29,577 bases of DNA from Candidatus Heimdallarchaeota archaeon (GTDB lineage Archaea; Asgardarchaeota; Heimdallarchaeia; Heimdallarchaeales; Heimdallarchaeaceae). The first letter of the stretch is position 1, and each line of letters starts with the position of its first letter. The position numbers were made by a program, and so were the translations under genes. The notes beneath the pieces were generated by a model. The model was not told the origin of the DNA. It saw nothing but the letters and a program-made list of their open reading frames with translations, and ran no database searches. Positions 17,329-26,579 of the stretch are shown one piece after another. The stretch lies in assembly GCA_021399395.1 (NCBI GenBank), contig JAAFKJ010000102.1, forward strand, positions 1-29,577, in the 5' to 3' direction.

Positions 17329-18526
17329 AAACTACTTCTACACTACCTGTACCAGTGTCAAGCATTAATGTATAGGTGTTTTCAGCTGTATCATAGTTCA
17401 GTGATTCATAATCATTTTCAGAACCGAAAATATCTGTTGAACCGGTTCCAACTTCAGCTGTAACACTAAGACCTATTGAAGCATCCAAGGTTATGGCTAC
17501 ATCAATTGTTCCTGTTCCAGATTCAGCTATTATCAAAGTCTCATATTCAAAAGACTGTACTACATTCTGAACTATATCGATATTTATAGAACCTGTTCCT
17601 GTATCCAAATACCAAGTAATATCATCTGAAACTATCAAATCTTCATATGCAAAGGTGATTGTCCCAGTTCCAGTTTTCATTAGAACATCAGTTTCATTCA
17701 AACTTGTAAAAATACCTAAATTAACATTTATACTACCTGTGCCAGTTTCTAAGTACATCGACTGAATAGAAGTATTCAATGAACTAGCCATATTAAGAAA
17801 AAGGCTACCAGTTCCTGAATCCATGTATAGACCATCAATATCAAGATAATCTATGGCATTTGTATCCAGAGTAATTGATCCAGTTCCAGCGTCCAATATG
17901 AAGTCTACTTCAGCAGATGGATGGATATAGAGTACTATATCATAATTGAAAGTTGTTTTATCCCAATACCAAATGCTTCTATCTCCTGAATCAAAACTCA
18001 CTGTAATTGCACCAGCCGTTTCATTCGATAGCTCAAAGTTTACCGCATCAGCGATATTAGCCTCGGGTCTTCCCCAAACATCTAGAGTTGCTTCAACTAG
18101 ATTTGTAACTGTCAGGTCATAATAAATTTCAAGAGATCCAACATCAAGGTTAATATCGAGAATGACGTTTGTTTCAGCAAATGAATCAACCTCAAAATCT
18201 AGAGTTCCTATTAAATGCAAATTCAAAGAGCCAAGTATTGCAAAAACTATGAAAGGCACACCAATTAGGAAAATTATTCCAATAGCATAACCAATTATCT
18301 TTGGTCGTTGTTTGATAGGTCTATGGCCTTTAGAAGGGGCATAATAAGTTTGACCTGGTGCGCCTGGTTGTGCTTGAGCGACATATTCTCCTGGATGAGG
18401 ATCTGTCTTCATAGGCATTGCTGCAGGAACACCGTTTACCATTTCAATTTTTGAGCCACAATTATTACAAAAATCGGCTTCTTCCGATAATCTCGCACCG
18501 CAGTGCGTACAAAATCCTTTACTCAT
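17327..18526 (-). CDS. Zinc-ribbon / single-TM / DUF4097-like beta-repeat membrane protein
   Basis: N-terminal CTHCG...FCNNCG, P/Q/G-rich linker, TM (IIGYAIGIIFLIGVPFIVFAIL), eight (T/S/A/V)GTG(S/T) repeats. Confidence 0.8.
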   Translation of the reverse strand: MSKGFCTHCGARLSEEADFCNNCGSKIEMVNGVPAAMPMKTDPHPGEYVAQAQPGAPGQTYYAPSKGHRPIKQRPKIIGYAIGIIFLIGVPFIVFAILGSLNLHLIGTLDFEVDSFAETNVILDINLDVGSLEIYYDLTVTNLVEATLDVWGRPEANIADAVNFELSNETAGAITVSFDSGDRSIWYWDKTTFNYDIVLYIHPSAEVDFILDAGTGSITLDTNAIDYLDIDGLYMDSGTGSLFLNMASSLNTSIQSMYLETGTGSINVNLGIFTSLNETDVLMKTGTGTITFAYEDLIVSDDITWYLDTGTGSINIDIVQNVVQSFEYETLIIAESGTGTIDVAITLDASIGLSVTAEVGTGSTDIFGSENDYESLNYDTAENTYTLMLDTGTGSVEVV

Positions 18527-18600
18527 ACATAATCACTTTATACTAAATTCTAAAGTTTCATTTAGCAAGAACAATTATAAATATATGCAATTAAAGAGAT

Positions 18601-18879
18601 TTACGTACCTTGCATTTTTAAAAGTAGTTCCCTTAATTCACTTATTCTTTTATTACACTTAGCTCGTTCTCTATTAAGTTCGTTAACTGGTCCAAGTTGA
18701 CCTTCTCTAATTAACCTTTCAGCAAGCTTTTGATATTCACGAGATTGGAATTCCAACTCTCTTAATTCAAGGGAGTGTCTAAAATAATGTCCTTTAAGAT
18801 GTGTATCAGTATCACTCTCTGATGAGTCATCTCGTCTATAATCAGGTTGAGTGGTTTTTTTAAAGAACATATCCGACAA
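18601..18879 (-). CDS. Small hypothetical helical-hairpin/coiled-coil protein
   Basis: 92-aa ORF filling the intergenic gap, E/R/L-rich heptads, GGAG upstream. Confidence 0.6.
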   Translation of the reverse strand: MSDMFFKKTTQPDYRRDDSSESDTDTHLKGHYFRHSLELRELEFQSREYQKLAERLIREGQLGPVNELNRERAKCNKRISELRELLLKMQGT

Positions 18880-18944
18880 AATACATGTACTCCTAACACT
18901 TAATTACTTTTCTAATACACTGCAAAAGAAAGAATTTACTAAAC

Positions 18945-20315
18945 TCATCCATTCTTCTTATTCATTGGTTCTTTCAGAAATAGAAAACCAAATGCTGCTA
19001 GGAATCGTGCACCAGCGATAATCCACAAGAATATGATAATGGTCATATATTCACCTATATAGTTTTCAACTAAATCTGCTAGAAGACCTGAAATTAGTGA
19101 TCCGAAGAAAGTAGAAAATCCTAGAAAGAAATAGAATAACCCTGTATAGGTTCCTTTCTCTTTTTCAGGAGCACAGTCTAAAGCATAACTACTTTCTGCT
19201 ACAAAATAGAAAGAGTTACCAAAACCACTAATCCCCGCACCAATTGCCATAAACCACCATGTTGGTAGATACATCGCGGTTAATGCTAAATTTATTGGAA
19301 TGATAAACATTAAACACCTACCAATATACAAAGCCCATTTACGTTTCATTTTATCTATGAAAGGTCGAGTTATCAACAAGGTAAGCATCATTACTACACT
19401 AAAAGTAGCCCAAATCCAGGTATTTTCTTGAGCGGTGGCATAATTTACTCTAACAAATGGAAAAATAGGCCATCCAAGAGACATCACAAAACCCATTATC
19501 GAGCCAACTATAACAAAACGTCTGAAACGCTTATTTTCTCTTACTGGAGTAAAGGAAAGTACAGTTCTTTCAGTTAATTTTTCTGTTGGAGGATCTGTTA
19601 GTAGAAAACTTATGATTCCAGTTACAACAAATAAACATGCAGCTAAATAAAGAACCATAGAGTATTGGTTATGTTGGAACAAGCTTAAGAAATTAGATTC
19701 TAAACCAGAGCTGAATTTTGTAACAGATAGCAGTATTGAGCCCATAGATGTAAAATCTAAGTAATTATAGGTTGTTAAATGAGGTTGAACTAAATTGCTT
19801 AATTCCCCAACTGAAAGGAGCCCAATAAAAGAAGCGAGGGAACCTACAAGAGTAAGAAGACTAAACAATCCTGCTCTATTTTCTTTTTTTGTTAAGTCTC
19901 CAATTAATGCAGTAAAAGATGGATTATAGATAGCAAAACAAAGCGAAAAGAAGAAAACGCCTACAACCAAAACCCACTGGTTTCGAATAAATGGGAACAA
20001 GGCTAGTGATATACCTCCTCCAAATAAACCAATCAGTATTAGCAGTTTTCTTCCTAAGAAATCCGATATCCTTCCAAAAGAAGACTGAAAAGCAAGTGTA
20101 ATCAGATTTCTAATTGAAGTAATTAAAGAAATAGCTGTCTTGGACGAACCTATTACAACAGCGTACATCTCTACAAACATTCTTCCTATCATCCTAGCAG
20201 CTGTTCCAAAAGTTGAAATCAATAGAAGAACAATCTTTTGTTTGTGAGTGATTACAGGTAGCGAAAGAATATCCTCGTCAACTAAAATTGTACTTTCAGT
20301 TACAGAATCATTCAT
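18945..20315 (-). CDS. MFS transporter
   Basis: GRISDFLGRK motif A; about 12 TM segments; PEKEKGTYTG second-half motif. Confidence 0.92.
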   Translation of the reverse strand: MNDSVTESTILVDEDILSLPVITHKQKIVLLLISTFGTAARMIGRMFVEMYAVVIGSSKTAISLITSIRNLITLAFQSSFGRISDFLGRKLLILIGLFGGGISLALFPFIRNQWVLVVGVFFFSLCFAIYNPSFTALIGDLTKKENRAGLFSLLTLVGSLASFIGLLSVGELSNLVQPHLTTYNYLDFTSMGSILLSVTKFSSGLESNFLSLFQHNQYSMVLYLAACLFVVTGIISFLLTDPPTEKLTERTVLSFTPVRENKRFRRFVIVGSIMGFVMSLGWPIFPFVRVNYATAQENTWIWATFSVVMMLTLLITRPFIDKMKRKWALYIGRCLMFIIPINLALTAMYLPTWWFMAIGAGISGFGNSFYFVAESSYALDCAPEKEKGTYTGLFYFFLGFSTFFGSLISGLLADLVENYIGEYMTIIIFLWIIAGARFLAAFGFLFLKEPMNKKNG

Positions 20316-20388
20316 TTTCTTCGCCTTTAATTAGAATAAGATAGATGGAGATAAAACGTTTAACAAATAACTCTTTTGGAAGAGGGAT

Positions 20389-21069
20389 TTACAAAGGATG
20401 AAGTTGTTCGATCAAACCTTCTAAGGTTTCCTTAAGTAGACCACAACTGACCAAATATTCTATAATCCCGCCCAATTTATCTATCTCATCTACAATAAAC
20501 TCAATATCTTCACCTTGAGTAAATTCATCTGTTGCGAGATAATCTTGTATGATATTAGGTTCTGGAGCGTTAAGCAATAATAAAATCAAACTCGACAGAA
20601 CTCCTGTTCTATCCCGTCCTGCATGACAATGTATAACTGTTGCAAGATTTTCAGAACGAGAAAGAATGTTGAATACTTTTCTAATTTGAACCTTATTATA
20701 GAAAAGAGTATACCAGCAAAATTGTTTGTAAAATGAAAGATCATTTATTCCTTCTCTTAACAAAACATCGGGAGGCATAGAGATATCGATATGGACCCAA
20801 TAGTAGTTGAAATTATTCAAAAAATCATCCTCATATGTAGAATGACCTATCTCTATAGCTGACCTCAAATCGATTATGCTTTTGATTCCAAGATCTTTAA
20901 ATTCCTGAAGAAGTTCTGGAGACTGATGAGGTATTGGTGAAGAGGAGCGATAGATGATATTTTGACGGATATAGCTTTGGTTGAAAATAGCTAAATCTCT
21001 AAAATTACCAACCTTGCCTTGAACTTTAGATAATAGTTCATACTTGTCCAAATGAAGCTCCTCAGCCAA
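20389..21069 (-). CDS. Cys-based protein-tyrosine phosphatase family (IphP/Y_phosphatase3 type)
   Basis: NFRDL, IYRSS, IIDLRS, P-loop HCHAGRDRTG, I.QDYLAT. Confidence 0.9.
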   Translation of the reverse strand: MAEELHLDKYELLSKVQGKVGNFRDLAIFNQSYIRQNIIYRSSSPIPHQSPELLQEFKDLGIKSIIDLRSAIEIGHSTYEDDFLNNFNYYWVHIDISMPPDVLLREGINDLSFYKQFCWYTLFYNKVQIRKVFNILSRSENLATVIHCHAGRDRTGVLSSLILLLLNAPEPNIIQDYLATDEFTQGEDIEFIVDEIDKLGGIIEYLVSCGLLKETLEGLIEQLHPL

Positions 21070-21130
21070 TTGTATTGTAGTTCTTAATTATTTGTATACT
21101 AGGAGTTACAAATATAAATAATTGTATAGG

Positions 21131-21160
21131 AAAAAAGAAAAAAGAGAAAGAAAGAAGAAA
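21131..21160 (-). terminator. Archaeal T-rich terminator (minus strand)
   Basis: A-rich run on the plus strand gives TTTCTTCTTTCTTTCTCTTTTTTC... after the DUF3160 stop. Confidence 0.55.
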
Positions 21161-23347
21161 TTAGTCCTCTTTTCTTGCAAAGAAAATCAGCGATGGTGAG
21201 CCATTAACTAAAGGTAATGAACTTAACATCCATTCAGGTAATGGTGGAGGATTGGTATCTAACATCTCTTGCCAACCTTCATCAGTTAATCTATCAACCA
21301 TTGGGTGATGGAACTCATAATAAGAGAATGTTCCACCTCGGGCTAATCGTAATTTTCCATCCTCATCTTGAACAACCACGTAGATTACGAAAGGATCACC
21401 ACTAGCAACTTCTAGAACATTTCCTGTATTAGGATCAGTATGAACATCAGCTATTACAGCCATCCTATCATCAGCTTCACTTACCCATTCTTCTGCATCA
21501 GGGTCATTGAAGCTTGCTGCTTCTTCGATTAAAGTAGCGACAGTATTGATATAGTAAATTTCATCAAGTGTAAATGGAATATTTTCGAGTTCCTTTATAC
21601 TTAGCTCGACAAGATTATCAAATATATCCGCAATAGCGACTAGTTTGCTACTGAAACTTCCAAAGAACAACCCTCTCTCATCTAATCCTGATTCCATCAA
21701 TCTAACCAAACTTGCTAGTCTTGCATAAACTTCAGGATAAGGTTCGACGTATCCTTTCATAATTTCTGGCATACTAGTCTCATAAGTGTAAGATTGTTTA
21801 GCATAAAGGATTGTATCATGTCTTAATTCAGCCCATGAAGCTGAAGCAGTCATAAGAGCCTTATCTGACCAAGCATTACTTAACATAAAACCAGGAAATC
21901 CTAAAGATGCAGGTTCTAATAGTGGAAACAGCGAGTAAAGCCACATCCAGTATAGATTTTGTGTCCAATCATATTCTGTCAGATTACCAAATTCTTCTCT
22001 TAATTTAAAGATTTGATCATCATAGTCTGGAAAGCTTACATTTTCATTAGCCATATAATAATCTGCTCTGGGACTTCCGAAAACTGAGAAAACATCCAAT
22101 CCTGTAGGCATAAGTCTTCCACCTACTTTGGTATGAACTAATTGCTGAAAGACATAAGAATCTGGGATAAATCTTTGTCCCATCAATCGGAATCCTTGAG
22201 TAACATTTTCATGATCCTCTGTTTCAAATACAAACATAGAATTAATCAAAGGTTTGCGGTATGTTTTCGCCTCTTCAATGAAATCTTCAATGTAGCTTTC
22301 AGCAGCCAAACCATCACCTTCAATACCACCTAGATCTTGCCAGATTTGATAATATTCAGCAGGTGTAAGATCATCTGCAGATCCAACATAGAATACTGTA
22401 GGTTCGTAAATTCTATCCCAATAATCCCAAACAGTATCAGAAGAGATTGAAGTGTTAAAACTGGATAGCATGAGAATAGCCATTCGTGTATGATCTATCC
22501 CCATCGCAGGATCACCAAATGGACTTTGAAGTAGGAAACCCATTCTTCCTGCATACATCATAGCTCTGAAGTAATTAGCAAGAATCTCGTTGCGAGTGTA
22601 ATGTCCGCGAACGATATATTGAGTATAGTCTTCCTCATAACCAAATATAGCAGAATATGCACGCTCAGTTGAGTTAATCAAGTCAAGTTCTGCTTGAGTA
22701 AGAGATTCAACTGCAGCAGGAATGGTATTTGTTTCATTGATCAAATAAAGCATAACTGAGAGATAGGCTACATTTCTGTTAATTGCATCGTGAACTATAG
22801 GTTCAGACACTGTACCATTTAAAGAAATTTGGGCATCTCTGAGGGTCGTTAGCATTGTTTCAAAATCATAAAAGAATCTTTCTCCTTCTAATACTCTCAA
22901 ACTAATATCATAGAGAACATGATATGCGTGCAAGCATAAATCAGTAGTTATGAATTTTGGAGTTTCTAAATCTGCATAGATATCATATATATCTTCATAT
23001 CCCTCATCAACCATGGCAAATCCATAGGTTGCAAGCATTTCTTTAATTTCGGATGAAATTTGTAAACCCTGTAAGTTGACATTTGATAGACCAGCTGCAA
23101 TCTCAGTAGGAATGATAGATGGATTGTAATCTAAATCAGCTGGTACATAAGAGCCAAATGATGTACTTACAGTATTCTTAACATCAAAAGTTGAAGCAGT
23201 TCCCTCAAGTAGAGGATCAGGATCCCAGTCACTATTATAATTTGGACCAGTAAGCTGAGGTAAGAATATTGCAAGGTTCGTTGCTATTATAACAACTATG
23301 ATGGAGGAGCTGATAATCATCAATTTCTTATTTCGTAATATCTTCAT
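21161..23347 (-). CDS. DUF3160-family membrane-anchored extracellular protein
   Basis: FITTD..LHAYH, EDYTQY..RGHYTR...L..YFRAMMY.GR, FRLMGQRFIPDS, SWAELRHDTILYAKQ, GYVEP, IADVHTDP, RLTDEGW; N-terminal TM/signal. Confidence 0.88.
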   Translation of the reverse strand: MKILRNKKLMIISSSIIVVIIATNLAIFLPQLTGPNYNSDWDPDPLLEGTASTFDVKNTVSTSFGSYVPADLDYNPSIIPTEIAAGLSNVNLQGLQISSEIKEMLATYGFAMVDEGYEDIYDIYADLETPKFITTDLCLHAYHVLYDISLRVLEGERFFYDFETMLTTLRDAQISLNGTVSEPIVHDAINRNVAYLSVMLYLINETNTIPAAVESLTQAELDLINSTERAYSAIFGYEEDYTQYIVRGHYTRNEILANYFRAMMYAGRMGFLLQSPFGDPAMGIDHTRMAILMLSSFNTSISSDTVWDYWDRIYEPTVFYVGSADDLTPAEYYQIWQDLGGIEGDGLAAESYIEDFIEEAKTYRKPLINSMFVFETEDHENVTQGFRLMGQRFIPDSYVFQQLVHTKVGGRLMPTGLDVFSVFGSPRADYYMANENVSFPDYDDQIFKLREEFGNLTEYDWTQNLYWMWLYSLFPLLEPASLGFPGFMLSNAWSDKALMTASASWAELRHDTILYAKQSYTYETSMPEIMKGYVEPYPEVYARLASLVRLMESGLDERGLFFGSFSSKLVAIADIFDNLVELSIKELENIPFTLDEIYYINTVATLIEEAASFNDPDAEEWVSEADDRMAVIADVHTDPNTGNVLEVASGDPFVIYVVVQDEDGKLRLARGGTFSYYEFHHPMVDRLTDEGWQEMLDTNPPPLPEWMLSSLPLVNGSPSLIFFARKED

Positions 23348-23387
23348 TATATATCACAATAGTTTTTGTTTAAGTTAACGTTTAGAT

Positions 23388-23421
23388 AGTATTAATACTT
23401 GTTGTGTCAAACTAGACACAA
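23388..23421 (-). promoter_or_regulatory. Inverted repeat plus TATA-like element upstream of the DUF3160 gene
   Basis: TTGTGTC-N6-GACACAA at 23402-23421 adjacent to AGTATTAATACT at 23388-23399. Confidence 0.5.
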
Positions 23422-23428
23422 TAGCACC

Positions 23429-24256
23429 TTACTGTTTTACAGCAATAGTTTTTGTTTCATCTAAGTGAAACGAGTTGTCGGAAGAATTATCAAGAACAAG
23501 AGCTATGAAATCTTTAATTTCTGTGATTATCTGCTCATGAAATTTGGAGTTCATTATAACGTGACGCCCCCCTTTTACAATTACTCCCTTCTTTATTCTC
23601 GAACTCGCTTTCTTTATGTAATATGATAAAGACCTTCTACTGGATGAGGGATCTTCTGAGCCATTTATGATTAACAGCGGGGTAGCAATTTTACTTGCAT
23701 GTTGCTTGAAATTCTTAGATTGTCGCACCGCATTTACAAAAACATCCATTGGCATTTTGGAAAAATTCTCCTCTTTCCAAAGCAAATACTCATCATCAAA
23801 ATATTCTTCACTAAAGTCATCTAGGGGATTGTAGGGGACAAACCTGATTCTAATGAATCGAGAAATGAAAGTAAATATCTTCATACCTATTGAAAATATA
23901 CCGGTAGTACTGATCCCAATGAAAGCATCAGCCATGGGTTTAGTTACTTCTGAGACGTATGTAAGTGCTGCTCCGATAGAAATACCAATGAGGATCAGTT
24001 TTGAATATTTTCCGCGTTTTTCTTCTATTATTTTTTGTCCCCAAGCGAAAAATTCCTCTAAATTGATTTCTGCTAGATGTTCGAAGTCAACACCATGGTT
24101 TGGTAGCAAAGGAACATAAACATCGTACTGTTCTTCAACTAAATGCTCAGCAAGATTTTTCATATCGAGTGTAGTGCCTGTAAAACCATGAAAAATTAGA
24201 ACACATGTATCAGAGCTGTTTTTGTATTCCAAATCTTTAGCATATTTATTACTCAT
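23429..24256 (-). CDS. Carboxylesterase (Est30/YvaK-like alpha/beta hydrolase)
   Basis: HGFTG, LPNHG, GISIG nucleophile elbow, GSED acid, GGRH His; GGTGA before ATG 24256 (ORF track start 24268). Confidence 0.88.
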   Translation of the reverse strand: MSNKYAKDLEYKNSSDTCVLIFHGFTGTTLDMKNLAEHLVEEQYDVYVPLLPNHGVDFEHLAEINLEEFFAWGQKIIEEKRGKYSKLILIGISIGAALTYVSEVTKPMADAFIGISTTGIFSIGMKIFTFISRFIRIRFVPYNPLDDFSEEYFDDEYLLWKEENFSKMPMDVFVNAVRQSKNFKQHASKIATPLLIINGSEDPSSSRRSLSYYIKKASSRIKKGVIVKGGRHVIMNSKFHEQIITEIKDFIALVLDNSSDNSFHLDETKTIAVKQ

Positions 24257-24470
24257 TAATCTCACCAAACCTGGGACATGAATAGTTCAAATGCAGCTGA
24301 ATATCCTGAAATTAAGCCAATTTTTATCCAAAATGACTTTGATTTATTGCGTAACACACGTCCAAATGGCATCAAGTGTTTTTAAGATTTTAGCACATCA
24401 TTCTAATCTTGCCACAAACACTTTTAAAGAGTATATTTTAGATATGCTTTAACTCTAAGAGGAATCAAAA

Positions 24471-25277
24471 ATGAAATCTGAAATTTCATCACAAAAAATC
24501 ATTCAATTTCAAGAAAAAATTTTTGTCTGGTGGGAGAAAAATAAGAGAGGATTTCCTTGGAGAAAAACAGCTGATCCGTACAAAATATTAGTTTCGGAAA
24601 TAATGTTACAACAAACTCAAGCTTCTAGGGTTAGTGAAAAATTCATTGAATTCATTCGTAAGTATCCAAATCCACAATCACTGTCTGAAGCACAAAAGAC
24701 AGATTTGCTTTCTATCTGGTCAGGTTTAGGATATAATAGACGAGTTTTATGGTTACAGGAAGCTGCTCAAAAAATCATAGAACTAGAAGAATTTCCCAAA
24801 ACACCAAAAGAGCTCCAGAAACTTAAAGGGATTGGTAAATACTCCGCAAATTCCATATTAATTTTCGCTTTTAATCTTGATCTAGCAACAGTTGACACAA
24901 ATATTAGGAGAATTCTAATAGCAGAGGGATTTGCAGATGAAGATACGACTGAAAAAGAACTCTTTCAAATCGCAGAACAAGTTCTCCCAAAAGGAAGATC
25001 CAGAGAGTGGCATAATGCACTAATGGATTATGGTGCAATTCATCTAACAGTGTCTGCAACTGGAATAAGACCCAACTCTAAACCAAGCAAGTTTAAAGGT
25101 TCTGACAGAGAAAAAAGAGGCAAAATTCTCAGGTATCTTCTGGACAATGAAGAAGCTACAATAAAAGAATTGCTTGATGAAGTCAAATGTGCTCAAGACT
25201 TACTAGATGCTATTTTAGTGAAGATGGAAAAGGATGGTTTGATATCAAAAAATGGAGATATCTATCATATTGAATAG
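24471..25277 (+). CDS. mutY: MutY-like A/G-specific adenine glycosylase (HhH-GPD) without Fe-S cluster motif
   Basis: R.FPWR, PYKILVSEIMLQQT, WSGLGYNRR, LKGIGKYSA HhH, VDTNIRR, ALMDYGA. Confidence 0.85.
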   Translation: MKSEISSQKIIQFQEKIFVWWEKNKRGFPWRKTADPYKILVSEIMLQQTQASRVSEKFIEFIRKYPNPQSLSEAQKTDLLSIWSGLGYNRRVLWLQEAAQKIIELEEFPKTPKELQKLKGIGKYSANSILIFAFNLDLATVDTNIRRILIAEGFADEDTTEKELFQIAEQVLPKGRSREWHNALMDYGAIHLTVSATGIRPNSKPSKFKGSDREKRGKILRYLLDNEEATIKELLDEVKCAQDLLDAILVKMEKDGLISKNGDIYHIE

Positions 25278-25333
25278 GAAACAATTACCCTTAGCAAAAA
25301 CATATATTATCGAATAGTTTAGATTATTATGAA

Positions 25334-25882
25334 ATGAGAGCTTTGTATCTAGGTCGTTTTAACCCCCCGCATAAAGGACATATCCATGCAATTGAGCACA
25401 TTCTTGAACAACCTGACATAGACGAAATCATAATTCTGATTGGTAGTGGAGAAAAAGCATATTCTATCAAAAACCCATTCACAGGTGGAGAAAGGTTGGA
25501 AATGCTTACTACACTTGTACGTAAGAGATTCGACATCACTAAATTTTATATCGCTTCAATACCAGATGTCAATAGGAATACCATTTGGCCTGCTAATGTT
25601 ATAGATTTGGTACCATCTTTTGATGTTGTTTTTACTAACAATCCACTGGTAATAGAGTTATTTGCTAAACTTGCACATAAAGAAGTAAGAGAGGTTCCTC
25701 TTGCTAGCCGATCTGACTTTAAAGGTAAAGAAATAAGAAAACAGATGATAAAAGGAGGGAATTGGGAAAAAAGTGTTCCAGAGGAAGTAGTAAAGCTTAT
25801 TTCCAAATTTGATGGGGTAAAAAGAATCAAAACTGTTAATCTAACTGATGAAGTAGAAGAGATAGAACACAATAAAACTTGA
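25334..25882 (+). CDS. nadM: Nicotinamide-nucleotide adenylyltransferase (archaeal NMNAT)
   Basis: YLGRFNPPHKGH, IGS, NPFTGGER, NNPLV, G.EIR..M..G..WEKSVP motifs. Confidence 0.92.
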   Translation: MRALYLGRFNPPHKGHIHAIEHILEQPDIDEIIILIGSGEKAYSIKNPFTGGERLEMLTTLVRKRFDITKFYIASIPDVNRNTIWPANVIDLVPSFDVVFTNNPLVIELFAKLAHKEVREVPLASRSDFKGKEIRKQMIKGGNWEKSVPEEVVKLISKFDGVKRIKTVNLTDEVEEIEHNKT

Positions 25883-25935
25883 TAACAAGATTTTTTTCAG
25901 CAAACTTTTTTATTCTTCAATCTTATTTCAGTACT

Positions 25936-26550
25936 ATGGAAATTGATGAAGCAATAAAGAATAGAAGATCAATTAGAAAGTATAAAGATAAACCACTATC
26001 AAAGGAGCAGATTATGCAGATTTTGGATGCAGGAAATCGAGCACCTTCAGCTAAGAGTAGAGTTCAATGGAGATTTCATATTTTTCAAGATAAAGCAAAA
26101 GATAGACTTGTTCAAGCTTGTAGAGATACAATAGACAAACTTCCTAAAATACCTTTGATGGCATCAACACACAATTCTTACAATATCATGGACAATGCAC
26201 CTGTTGTTATCTTAGTTACACAAACATGTGAATGGGGAGGGATTGCCCCAGAAATTCAATCTGTGTCTGCAGCAATTCAGAATATGTTATTGAAAGCACA
26301 CAGTATGGGATTAGGAACAGTTTGGATAAATGATGTTCTTTTTGTTGAACCAGCGATACTTCAAATTCTAGATATAAAATCAGAGGAATCAGAACTTAAA
26401 GATGCACTTATAGAATTTGGTAGCCAAGCAGGTATAGACATAGGTTATTCCGGTCCTTTGATTGCAGCAATTGCTCTTGGATATCCTGATGAACAACCAG
26501 AAAGAGAACCAAGATTTACTGTTGAAGAAGTAACTAAATGGTATGAATGA
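25936..26550 (+). CDS. Nitroreductase-family flavoprotein
   Basis: RRSIRKY, APSA...QW.F, AAIQNMLLKAHSMGLGTVW, ALGYP; ATG 25936 preferred over ORF-track TTG 25879. Confidence 0.92.
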   Translation: MEIDEAIKNRRSIRKYKDKPLSKEQIMQILDAGNRAPSAKSRVQWRFHIFQDKAKDRLVQACRDTIDKLPKIPLMASTHNSYNIMDNAPVVILVTQTCEWGGIAPEIQSVSAAIQNMLLKAHSMGLGTVWINDVLFVEPAILQILDIKSEESELKDALIEFGSQAGIDIGYSGPLIAAIALGYPDEQPEREPRFTVEEVTKWYE

Positions 26551-26579
26551 AAAGAAAATGAAAAATGATAGAGATTATT

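Noticed and set aside
17330-17900. Recurring CCTGT/CCAGT nucleotide motifs as a CRISPR-like or DNA repeat array
   Set aside because: Explained by the encoded GTG(S/T) peptide repeats; there are no identical 25-40 nt repeats with unique spacers.
25860-25940. Readthrough or selenocysteine fusion of nadM (TGA stop) into the nitroreductase
   Set aside because: The two genes are in different frames, both are complete, and the nitroreductase has a good ATG at 25936.
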